From: a virus
Taxonomy: Duplodnaviria; Caudoviricetes
Length of the DNA: 32,789 bases
IMG/VR virus record: IMGVR_UViG_3300030330_002998
Span: 1 to 32,789 of that record
Direction: 5' to 3' (one strand)
Each line of letters opens with the position of its first letter. Within the stretch, counting starts at the first letter, position 1. The position numbers and the translations under genes were made by a program. The notes beneath the pieces are model-generated. The model had not been told where the DNA came from and did not search any database. It saw only the letters and a program-made list of their open reading frames with translations. Positions 18,294 through 25,724 of this stretch are shown here, piece after piece.

Positions 18294-19267
18294 TGAACAT
18301 TCTCCTTATTTACTGTGATTGTTAATTTTTCGTAGGTGCTACCGGGAGTAGCCGCAACAACCCTCTCTGGTTGTGGCTTTCTTTCAACTAGTGTGTAGGA
18401 CACTTTGAAGGGGCCAATAACCCCCTTGGTCACTCCAAACTTTGAAAGAACTGCTTTGATACCATCATCAATAGTTTTCTTATCTTCATCAAACTGCTTT
18501 TTGACAGCATCAAAATCTTGTCGTTTGCTAATCAACTCAAGAAGAGTATCACTTCCATCGAGACTATTAAGATCAGCAACAAAATCATTACTTATTTCTT
18601 CTGGGTAAGGATCATCCTCTTCAATCCTTCTCCAATACTCAGTAACTTCCTTAAGATAGTCAGCGATCCATGCATTATCTCTTTCAATAGGATAGACAGT
18701 GTGCTGACCGCCTTTGCTGAGAACTGATATCAGAGCATAGTCTCCATTTGTGCAGACTAGTTGGTGCTGAACTTGTGAGATGTAGTTCCTCATACAATCT
18801 CCATTGCCCGTCATACTAGACTTCAGTTCATTCACTACCTCACCTTGCATAGTCACAAACTCATCCTTAGTTCCCGGCACAGGTATATGAACGGGTTTGT
18901 GGAAGTAGAGTTTATGATCAACAGATGATGCCATGTTGAGTGCATCAAAAACATCTGGCTCTGTTACGGGATAGGTGGACTTGATATTGTCCTCTTCAGT
19001 AAGCCTAGAAAGGTAGTTGAGGGTCATCAAAACATTTGGTGGCTCAAACAACTTACCTCGAAGCAGAGCGTCCTTGTTGAGCATCTCTGAGCCAATGGTA
19101 TTGGTTTTGCCCAGAACAAACTGCCGTAGCTGTTCAACTGTTTGACCAAACTCATGTTTACCATAAGCAACGATATCAGCATGGGATGATCCAAGATGCG
19201 TATAGGTATCCGTCATTTTTCCCGGATGGTCTTCAAACATTTCTAAATATTTTTTTATGTCACTCAT
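18290..19267 (-). CDS. YqaJ-like (lambda-exonuclease family) nuclease
   Basis: LGSS, RG..FEP, ASSVD, ELKS, Y..QVQHQ motifs; adjacent to ERF. Confidence 0.82.
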   Translation of the reverse strand: MSDIKKYLEMFEDHPGKMTDTYTHLGSSHADIVAYGKHEFGQTVEQLRQFVLGKTNTIGSEMLNKDALLRGKLFEPPNVLMTLNYLSRLTEEDNIKSTYPVTEPDVFDALNMASSVDHKLYFHKPVHIPVPGTKDEFVTMQGEVVNELKSSMTGNGDCMRNYISQVQHQLVCTNGDYALISVLSKGGQHTVYPIERDNAWIADYLKEVTEYWRRIEEDDPYPEEISNDFVADLNSLDGSDTLLELISKRQDFDAVKKQFDEDKKTIDDGIKAVLSKFGVTKGVIGPFKVSYTLVERKPQPERVVAATPGSTYEKLTITVNKENVQ

Positions 19268-19439
19268 TGTTCACCTCATAGTGATAAGGGTTAAAGAAAG
19301 ATTTGGAGCAATTATCATCCAATAGACAAGCTCCTATCAAACCAACATAAAAAGATGCAAAGATCACAATCAAAGCTAGAGCATCTAGCAGATAATCTCT
19401 GACAAGTCTGATGGTTTGTTTATGTTTATGCAGTATCAT
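19260..19439 (-). CDS. Small membrane protein
   Basis: AAGGAG 7 nt before ATG; one TM helix; overlaps both neighbours. Confidence 0.65.
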   Translation of the reverse strand: MILHKHKQTIRLVRDYLLDALALIVIFASFYVGLIGACLLDDNCSKSFFNPYHYEVNNE

Positions 19440-20193
19440 GTTCAATCTCCTTCATTGTTTTAACGATGCTTGCAATAGTAGAGGGATGCCATGCACCCTT
19501 CCTTGGACGTTCAAAGTGTTTCTTGTCGTTAAACTCCTTGACGATTTCTCTATAAGACATACCAACATCAAGCCTAAGCTTGATATCTGGATAGTATTCC
19601 CTTGCCCAATTCAGCTTATTGTCCTTCACTCTGGCACTAGCTTTCTGCCTTGCATAATCCATGTTGTTGTGGACACCTAGCTTATAGATAATGTTGCCGC
19701 TTCTCTTTGCTTTGTAGAAGCCATTGCTTTCTATTTCTCTTCTGATGGCTTGCATACCTTGCTTGGTCTTGATTGAACTATCCTCTCGATAGTCTTCAGC
19801 TCTCTGGGCAAGACCCTTCAATATTGATATTTGCTGATCAATATCTAAATCTGCCATAAATTCTTTGTCAGCTATCAGTAGGCTGACTTTGTTTTTCTTT
19901 ACAACATCAGACAAAAAGGAGCATGAATGCCCAATGTTACGACTAAATCTTGAGAAGTCTGACAGAAGAATATACCCCTTTCCACCCTTTCTTTTGTCAT
20001 GCATTGCATCATCAATACATCTAGATAGGTTCTTCCTTTTCTCTGGGGGCAAGTTGCCAGACCAGCCCTCATCAATATAATACTTAACTTCTACATCTGG
20101 ATAGTTACGACAGAACTGCTTGATCAAATCCTTCTGTCTATCAACTGTTTGGGTTTCTGTACTTACCCTTATATATGCATGAAATTTTTCCAT
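19426..20193 (-). CDS. Serine recombinase (resolvase catalytic domain plus short C-terminal recombinase-type DNA-binding domain)
   Basis: YIRVST..Q...RQ, DEGWSG, SRFSR; C-terminal SYREI...FN......R.G.WH.STI..I. Confidence 0.9.
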   Translation of the reverse strand: MEKFHAYIRVSTETQTVDRQKDLIKQFCRNYPDVEVKYYIDEGWSGNLPPEKRKNLSRCIDDAMHDKRKGGKGYILLSDFSRFSRNIGHSCSFLSDVVKKNKVSLLIADKEFMADLDIDQQISILKGLAQRAEDYREDSSIKTKQGMQAIRREIESNGFYKAKRSGNIIYKLGVHNNMDYARQKASARVKDNKLNWAREYYPDIKLRLDVGMSYREIVKEFNDKKHFERPRKGAWHPSTIASIVKTMKEIEHDTA

Positions 20194-20396
20194 TAGCTTT
20201 GCTCCATATCTGGTATCTCTCGATTGAGTATCTCTTCACACAAAAGGATCTGCCCATAGTAGAACATCCCATCCATTGTTTCGCATTGGCTTGTACCGTT
20301 CTGAGGGTCGTACTCCTTACCTTCACTTAGCTCAAAGTGCTTGAGCAATGCCGGGTACACGCTTGCTTCTAGTTTTTGATAGACTGATTTTGCCAT
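20193..20396 (-). CDS. Hypothetical protein, first gene of the leftward operon
   Basis: AAAGGAG RBS before ATG 20396; stop overlaps the recombinase start. Confidence 0.65.
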   Translation of the reverse strand: MAKSVYQKLEASVYPALLKHFELSEGKEYDPQNGTSQCETMDGMFYYGQILLCEEILNREIPDMEQS

Positions 20397-20438
20397 AGTC
20401 TTTCTCCTTTTACACCTATTATTTACTGTATTTATCAA

Positions 20439-20467
20439 TTTGTAGCATAGTGGTACTATTATATCAA
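20439..20467 (-). promoter_or_regulatory. Leftward sigma70-type promoter with palindromic operator in the spacer
   Basis: Minus strand TTGATA-17 nt-TACAAA with extended TG; ATAGT-GGT-ACTAT palindrome at 20447-20459. Confidence 0.6.
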
Positions 20468-20505
20468 GCCCCTTATTGGGAATAATTTTTTTACTTGTTA
20501 ATTAA

Positions 20506-20757
20506 ATGGGAAAGAATATGGAAAACAACAAAGTAGAAACAAGGGAGAACGTGCAGTTGCACCTCCGAATGGATCGGGCCTTGCATGATAAGCTATGCAA
20601 CCTAGCGATTATGGGCAAAAGATCACTTAACAAGCAGGTACTCTATATGATTGAAGCCCAGATGACCGGGGCAGTACCCTCATTGGATAAAAAAAAGCTC
20701 AATACAAGTGATCTGAACAGTGTCATTGACAGTATGATTGCCAAGGATATGAGCTGA
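20506..20757 (+). CDS. Arc/Mnt-like ribbon-helix-helix repressor
   Basis: QLHLRMDRALHDKL...A....RSLN.QV..MIE. Confidence 0.85.
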   Translation: MGKNMENNKVETRENVQLHLRMDRALHDKLCNLAIMGKRSLNKQVLYMIEAQMTGAVPSLDKKKLNTSDLNSVIDSMIAKDMS

Positions 20758-22148
20758 TGCGATATGCAACTGTATGTAGTGGGATAGAAGCGTGTTCGAG
20801 TGCTTGGAAGGATCTGGGATGGGAAGCTGAGTTTTTCTCTGAGATAGACCCTTTCCCTTCTGAAGTTCTAAAACATCACTATCCAACAGTGCCAAACTAT
20901 GGAGATATGAATAATTATAAGGAGTGGAAAGATGGATCAGTTGACCTTATTTGTGGAGGAACACCATGCCAATCGTTCTCAGTTGCTGGACTTAGAAAAG
21001 GAATTGAAAGCCCTAACGGACAACTCATGCTTACATTTGGTGCAATTCTTAAAAAATATAACCCACGTTGGATGGTATGGGAGAATGTCCCCGGCGTCTT
21101 GTCAAGTAACGGAGGAAAAGATTTTGGAACCTTTCTCAGAATGTTGGGGGAACTCGGGTATGGGTTCGCCTACCGCGTTCTTGACGCTCAATATTTCGGA
21201 GTTGCCCAAAGACGCAGACGAGTGTTTGTTGTCGGATACCTTGGAGACTGGAAGCGTTCCGCATCGGTATTATTTGAGCCAGAAAGCTTGCAAGGGGATC
21301 TTGCGAAGAGCAAAAAACAGAGAGAAGGAACTGCCCGAGACACTCAAGAAAGCGTTAGAGACAGTGGCATACCCCACAAAAGCCCAACGCTGACATCAAA
21401 CGCAGCAGGTATGTCTCGAGCCGGGAACGAAACAAATGAAGGTAGTTGGTATATTCCCACAACAGTTCCAAAGGTAAGTGCTTGCATTACGGCAGAGCTG
21501 AAGAAACAAGTTACCAACCAGATGATAACGGAAGCAGAGAGCTTTTTCTTTCCACAGTATATAGGCAACGCTGAAGGGGGGAATACTGAAAAGCCTAATC
21601 TGACCAGAGTAAATGGGCATCATGTCAACAACCAAACGAATTTGGTATCAGAAACCTATACGGGCAACAGCTTTGGTCAATATGTCAAAGGCGTTGGTAC
21701 TCTCAGAGCTGAAGGGGGGGATCTGGGCGGTGGCAGTGAGACTATAGCTATTCAAGGCGATGGCTCAACCTCAATGCATATCAATGGCAAGGGGTACGAT
21801 GAGGAGACTAGCTTTACTCTTAATGCAACAGACAAGCATTCCGTTGCGTTCTCATCAACTATGTCTCACCCTGATGCAAATGTAGAAAAAACACCGACAA
21901 TCAAAGCTAATTCTCCACCTGCAATGGCAAACAGTCTGCAAGTCAGACGGCTCACTCCAACAGAATGCGAGAGATTGCAGGGGTTTGAGGACGGGCATAC
22001 AAAGATACCTTACAGAAACAAGGGGGCTGATGAGTGTCCAGATGGGCCACGCTACAAGGCACTAGGTAACTCAATGGCTGTTCCCGTTATGAAGTGGCTA
22101 GGTAAACGGATCATTAGAACAGAGAAGATATTCAATGACATGGACTAA
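20757..22148 (+). CDS. DNA (cytosine-5)-methyltransferase with expanded variable region
   Basis: Motifs I (CSGIEA), IV (GGTPCQSFS), VI (ENVPG), VIII (QRRRRVF), IX (RRLTP.ECERLQGF), X (YKALGNSMAVPV). Confidence 0.95.
   Translation: MRYATVCSGIEACSSAWKDLGWEAEFFSEIDPFPSEVLKHHYPTVPNYGDMNNYKEWKDGSVDLICGGTPCQSFSVAGLRKGIESPNGQLMLTFGAILKKYNPRWMVWENVPGVLSSNGGKDFGTFLRMLGELGYGFAYRVLDAQYFGVAQRRRRVFVVGYLGDWKRSASVLFEPESLQGDLAKSKKQREGTARDTQESVRDSGIPHKSPTLTSNAAGMSRAGNETNEGSWYIPTTVPKVSACITAELKKQVTNQMITEAESFFFPQYIGNAEGGNTEKPNLTRVNGHHVNNQTNLVSETYTGNSFGQYVKGVGTLRAEGGDLGGGSETIAIQGDGSTSMHINGKGYDEETSFTLNATDKHSVAFSSTMSHPDANVEKTPTIKANSPPAMANSLQVRRLTPTECERLQGFEDGHTKIPYRNKGADECPDGPRYKALGNSMAVPVMKWLGKRIIRTEKIFNDMD
20932..21393 (+). 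CDS. Nested +1-frame ORF, M.EcoHK31I beta-polypeptide-like
   Basis: Own RBS TAAGGAG 7 nt upstream; LSD.LETG.VP.RYYLS.KAC.GILRRA..R.K.LP..L..AL motif; same arrangement as M.EcoHK31I alpha/beta. Confidence 0.75.
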   Translation: MDQLTLFVEEHHANRSQLLDLEKELKALTDNSCLHLVQFLKNITHVGWYGRMSPASCQVTEEKILEPFSECWGNSGMGSPTAFLTLNISELPKDADECLLSDTLETGSVPHRYYLSQKACKGILRRAKNREKELPETLKKALETVAYPTKAQR

Positions 22149-22527
22149 ACATAAATATAGAGCCATCAAGACAACAGTTGATGGCAAGACATTCGATAGC
22201 AAAAAAGAAGCCAAACGCTATACAGAGCTGAAGTTGCTAGAGAAGACCGGGATGATAACTCATCTGGAGTTACAACCAACATATCAAATCACAGTTAATG
22301 GGGTAGACATATGCAAATACAAGGCAGACTTTCGGTACTTTACGGTACGAGCGGAAAACAGAGAGCAATACAGCAATTCGAAAGGCGAATGGGTAGTACC
22401 AACCAAGACCGGGGACAGAGAGGGGCAGATAATAGAGGATGTCAAAGGCTTCAAGACACCTATCTATCGTTTAAAGAAGAAACTTGTCGAGGCCTGCTTT
22501 CCCGGTACGCTGATCAAGGAAGTGTAA
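22135..22527 (+). CDS. DUF1064-like PD-(D/E)XK endonuclease
   Basis: KY.A.KT.VDG..FDSKKEA.RY..L, Y.ADF.Y, IEDVKG..T..YRLKKKL. Confidence 0.88.
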   Translation: MTWTKHKYRAIKTTVDGKTFDSKKEAKRYTELKLLEKTGMITHLELQPTYQITVNGVDICKYKADFRYFTVRAENREQYSNSKGEWVVPTKTGDREGQIIEDVKGFKTPIYRLKKKLVEACFPGTLIKEV

Positions 22528-22529
22528 CA

Positions 22530-22841
22530 TTGGGGCAGTTTATGCATTTCTTTGATAAGGTCAGCCCGATGCCACTACATGACTTTGCTCACCACAAAAA
22601 AGCAACAGCGGAGCATCTCAAATATAGGGCGTTATTTACTGCCGTTGCCAGAAGACTTGGGCGGTTTTCTCTCAAGCAAATAGCCACAATATTTAACAAG
22701 GATCATGCATCAATCATCCATTATTCCAAAAGACATGAACAGCTTGCCAATAACGATGATAGCTATGCACTTATCTACATGGATTTAGAGGACAACATTA
22801 AGAAACTTATGGATGAGAAGTATGGAAATAGCGACATATAG
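22530..22841 (+). CDS. DnaA C-terminal (domain IV)-like HTH protein
   Basis: FSLKQIA.IF.KDHASIIHY resembles the DnaA signature SL..IG..F..RDHTTV.H; start probably 22530 or 22542 rather than 22311. Confidence 0.7.
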   Translation: MGQFMHFFDKVSPMPLHDFAHHKKATAEHLKYRALFTAVARRLGRFSLKQIATIFNKDHASIIHYSKRHEQLANNDDSYALIYMDLEDNIKKLMDEKYGNSDI

Positions 22842-23013
22842 TTTGATACTAATACTTATAAGAGACATAGAGCTATCGGATGAGATAAGGGTCAAGCGAT
22901 TGGTCTTTAACAACTTAAACGATTGTATGCAGATAGCGCAAGCTCTCGATCAAGTCAGAGATCCCATAGCCAGGAAGAAACAATGCAGGACGAATATTAC
23001 CTATGAGAGATAG
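22813..23013 (+). CDS. Hypothetical protein
   Basis: Fills the gap in the operon with overlaps at both ends; F.N..DC...C pattern. Confidence 0.55.
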   Translation: MRSMEIATYSLILILIRDIELSDEIRVKRLVFNNLNDCMQIAQALDQVRDPIARKKQCRTNITYER

Positions 23014-23848
23014 TTTTCTTTTACCAGATGCTAACGTGTTGATCTCCTTCTCTGGGGGGAGAACGTCTGCTTATATGCTGTTCAAAATACTTGAAGCACA
23101 ACAGTTTATCTTGCCAGATAGTTGCAAGGTAGTCTTTGCAAACACCGGTCGAGAGATGCCAGAAACATTAGACTTTGTTCAGCGATGCGGTGAGGAGTGG
23201 GGAGTTCCTATCACTTGGTTAGAATATACTAAGATTGGTAAGAGAAGTACTTTTAAAATTGTCAACCACAACTCTGCATCACGAAACGGAGAGCCTTTTG
23301 AATTACTGCTTAAGGGTAAAGGTATATTGCCAAATGTTCATAGGCGATTTTGTACGCAAGATTTAAAGGTTTTGACCTTTAAAAGGTATTTGAAAAGTCT
23401 TGGCTGGAAGAAATGGATTAACTGTATTGGGATCAGAGGTGACGAGCAAAGAAGAATTAAGCCCTCAAAGGACAACAGATGGGATAATTGGTATCCTCTA
23501 TACCACGCAGGTGCTACTAAAGCTATAATTATGGACTTCTGGAAACAACAATCATTTGACCTTGCTCTTTGGGGAAAGAATGGAGTTACGCCAAAAGGAA
23601 ATTGTGACGGTTGCTTTCTAAAATCTGAAGCAACTTTAGCTATGATGTTTCGAGAACATCCAGAACGGATGCAATGGTGGATTGATATTGAAAATAAACA
23701 TTCAAAGGCAGTTGGAAGAGAAGCCCACTTTCATGCTACAAGAAGATTTGCTGACATAGAAAACTTTGTCTCTCGGCAGGGGGATTGGATATTTGATACG
23801 GAAGGAGTGCTTTGCCAAGCTGATGACGGGGAGTGTACAGGGTTATGA
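23003..23848 (+). CDS. PAPS-reductase / adenine-nucleotide alpha-hydrolase family protein
   Basis: PP-loop SFSGGRTS, FANTGRE, RFCT..LK, IGIR.DE..R, YPL, GNCDGCF. Confidence 0.87.
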   Translation: MRDSFLLPDANVLISFSGGRTSAYMLFKILEAQQFILPDSCKVVFANTGREMPETLDFVQRCGEEWGVPITWLEYTKIGKRSTFKIVNHNSASRNGEPFELLLKGKGILPNVHRRFCTQDLKVLTFKRYLKSLGWKKWINCIGIRGDEQRRIKPSKDNRWDNWYPLYHAGATKAIIMDFWKQQSFDLALWGKNGVTPKGNCDGCFLKSEATLAMMFREHPERMQWWIDIENKHSKAVGREAHFHATRRFADIENFVSRQGDWIFDTEGVLCQADDGECTGL

Positions 23849-24756
23849 GAGATAGTGAGAAACTAGCTGACATCAAACAAGCAAGGAGAGAGCTTCTACA
23901 ACCTCCAAAGAAGCACACTTTGTCTATTGATAACTCAACTGCTCCTTCACCCTTTTCAGTACTGCCTAGCCGGGTCTTTGCTGATGCCAGAGTGCAGAAC
24001 GCTTCAATAAGAGTGCTTGGTACAATCTGTTGCCATGCCAATCAGCATAGCGGCATTGTCTTCACCAACCAGATCACTATCGCCAATAGACTTGGTATTA
24101 CCAAACAAGCAGTAAGCCGACAGATGCGACTGCTCGAGAAGTGTGGGTACATCAAGAAGATCTACAAGGAAAACCCACTCAGAAAGAAGGGAAGGAAGGG
24201 AGCTACTTGGCGAATACTCTATGACCCGGCAACTACTGATGAGGATATTATAGCCCATAACAAGCCAGACTTTGTGGCAGAGCAAGACGCTGAAGATACG
24301 CTCAAAGTCATTGCTAAAAGTCAACCTGACGTTGACAAAGTGAATGAGCAAAGTAAACGTGACGTTGACTATACTAGTAAAAAAGTAAACTCCCAAGTTG
24401 ACTATAACTATAGTAGTACTAGTAGTAATAAAGACTTTAGAGAAATTGCTATGCAGATATGCAAGGTTTACGCCAGAGAGAGAGAAGAAAGGCTAGGAGC
24501 GATGCTTGGCTGGAGAAACGATGAAAGGCAGATAGCAATAGTAGAGAAGTATCTGGGGCAAGGACATGATAAGAATGTATTGCTTGAGACATTCCTTGGA
24601 TCACTCAATCACTTCAAAGAGACAGGTAAACGTCCACCATTCTCACTAGCATACTATGATAAATACTTTAATAAACAAGAGAAGGAGAGTGTTAATGACA
24701 TACTCAAAAGAACAATTAACAGGTCTAGATTTAACAGCGTTCGGAAACCTAGATGA
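23845..24756 (+). CDS. HTH replication initiator protein
   Basis: N-terminal wHTH (Q.TIA.RLG.TKQAVSR....LE..GYI), low-complexity linker containing iterons, helical C-terminal domain. Confidence 0.78.
   Translation: MRDSEKLADIKQARRELLQPPKKHTLSIDNSTAPSPFSVLPSRVFADARVQNASIRVLGTICCHANQHSGIVFTNQITIANRLGITKQAVSRQMRLLEKCGYIKKIYKENPLRKKGRKGATWRILYDPATTDEDIIAHNKPDFVAEQDAEDTLKVIAKSQPDVDKVNEQSKRDVDYTSKKVNSQVDYNYSSTSSNKDFREIAMQICKVYAREREERLGAMLGWRNDERQIAIVEKYLGQGHDKNVLLETFLGSLNHFKETGKRPPFSLAYYDKYFNKQEKESVNDILKRTINRSRFNSVRKPR
24317..24432. promoter_or_regulatory. Putative replication origin: three iterons plus AT-rich tract
   Basis: AAAGTMAAC-N5/6-GTTGAC x3 with GTTGAC at 24331, 24364 and 24397 (33-bp period), then tataactatagtagtactagtagtaataaa. 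Confidence 0.8.
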
Positions 24757-24909
24757 CCGTCTAGATTACAGAACAGTTATGCTTAGAGCTGTAGAAAAAA
24801 AGGGTTCGCTATGGTCAACATAAAAAAAAGTGACCCTTGGGGGGGTGGGGTGTCAGCATATGTGCGGATGTCTCACAAAAATATTTTTCACAAAACGATG
24901 GAGGTTTAA

Positions 24910-25155
24910 ATGAAATTTTACGATGTTGTATCTGGTCGAAAAGTTGCTGGTCAAGAAAAGAAGCGATGGACAAATGTTGGTGTTGCTTTTGAAGGAGATG
25001 ATGGCAAAATCACTGGGATAAAGCTAAATGCTTTACCATTGCAGAATGAGAATGGCGAAGTATGGTTATCCTTATTTGAGCAAAAGCCAAAGAGTAATGC
25101 TGATGCGTTTAACAGAGCTACTGAGGAAATATTAGATGACGAAATCCCGATCTAA
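24910..25155 (+). CDS. Small putative ssDNA-binding protein
   Basis: RBS GGAGG; W..VGVAF...I.LNALP beta-rich core; SSB-like acidic tail DDEIPI. Confidence 0.6.
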   Translation: MKFYDVVSGRKVAGQEKKRWTNVGVAFEGDDGKITGIKLNALPLQNENGEVWLSLFEQKPKSNADAFNRATEEILDDEIPI

Positions 25156-25558
25156 AAGACCAAAGATACAGTTTCCTAATCTTAAGGAGTTGGGGTCTGT
25201 TCGATCAGTAAGAAGGAAGATTGGTGGGTCAGATGTTATTTTTGACAACCGGGATAAGTTGGCTCAAGAACTCATCAATCTTTCTACTGCTAAGATATCA
25301 GATGTATTGTCTTGGGATGAAGAGGGGAATATAAAGGTCAAGCCGAGTGCTGATATTCCGGACAGTGTTCTTACGGCAATCAAGAAGATTAGGATTGTTC
25401 CAACTGCGGATGGAAAGAATGCCATAGATATTGAGCTGATTGACAAGGTTAGTGTTCTGAGGACATTGGCAAGGGCTTCCGGGTTGCTTGATCAAGACAA
25501 GATGAGCGATAAGCCAGCTGTTGTTGAAGTAAAGATGGTAGGCCCAAAGGATGAATGA
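25136..25558 (+). CDS. terS: Terminase small subunit
   Basis: AIKKI......IELIDK...L..LAR..GL motif; upstream of TerL. Confidence 0.75.
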   Translation: MTKSRSKRPKIQFPNLKELGSVRSVRRKIGGSDVIFDNRDKLAQELINLSTAKISDVLSWDEEGNIKVKPSADIPDSVLTAIKKIRIVPTADGKNAIDIELIDKVSVLRTLARASGLLDQDKMSDKPAVVEVKMVGPKDE

Positions 25559-25724
25559 GGATGAGGAGTTTGCCAAACGCTTTGCTCTCAAACCTATAAA
25601 GCCCGATGAGAGGTTGTACCAAGTACGCTATCTCCGTCCAGAGATTGTAGCAAAACTAAAGGCATATATCAGAAAGGAGAAATTTAGATGGAAGAAAAGA
25701 AAATCACGCCCGATGGAGGAATGA
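25551..25724 (+). CDS. Possible 57-aa hypothetical protein (not in ORF track)
   Basis: MNEDEEFAKRFALKP...; overlaps the terS stop and ends in an ATGA overlap with TerL Met 25721. Confidence 0.45.
   Translation: MNEDEEFAKRFALKPIKPDERLYQVRYLRPEIVAKLKAYIRKEKFRWKKRKSRPMEE

Noticed and set aside
19411-20326. ORFs overlapping the serine recombinase and its upstream gene
   Set aside because: No motifs or RBS; explained as shadows of the minus-strand genes
22311-22529. N-terminal extension of the DnaA-C-like ORF
   Set aside because: Overlaps the DUF1064-like gene by more than 200 nt; a start at 22530 or 22542 after AAGGA is more plausible
23003-23848. Sulfur-assimilation auxiliary metabolic gene (cysH) call
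   Set aside because: No other sulfur-pathway genes, the canonical CysH C-terminal ECGLH is absent, and the context is DNA metabolism
24317-24402. Mini CRISPR-like array
   Set aside because: Units are degenerate with very short spacers, lie in frame inside a replication gene, and there are no cas genes; they fit iterons
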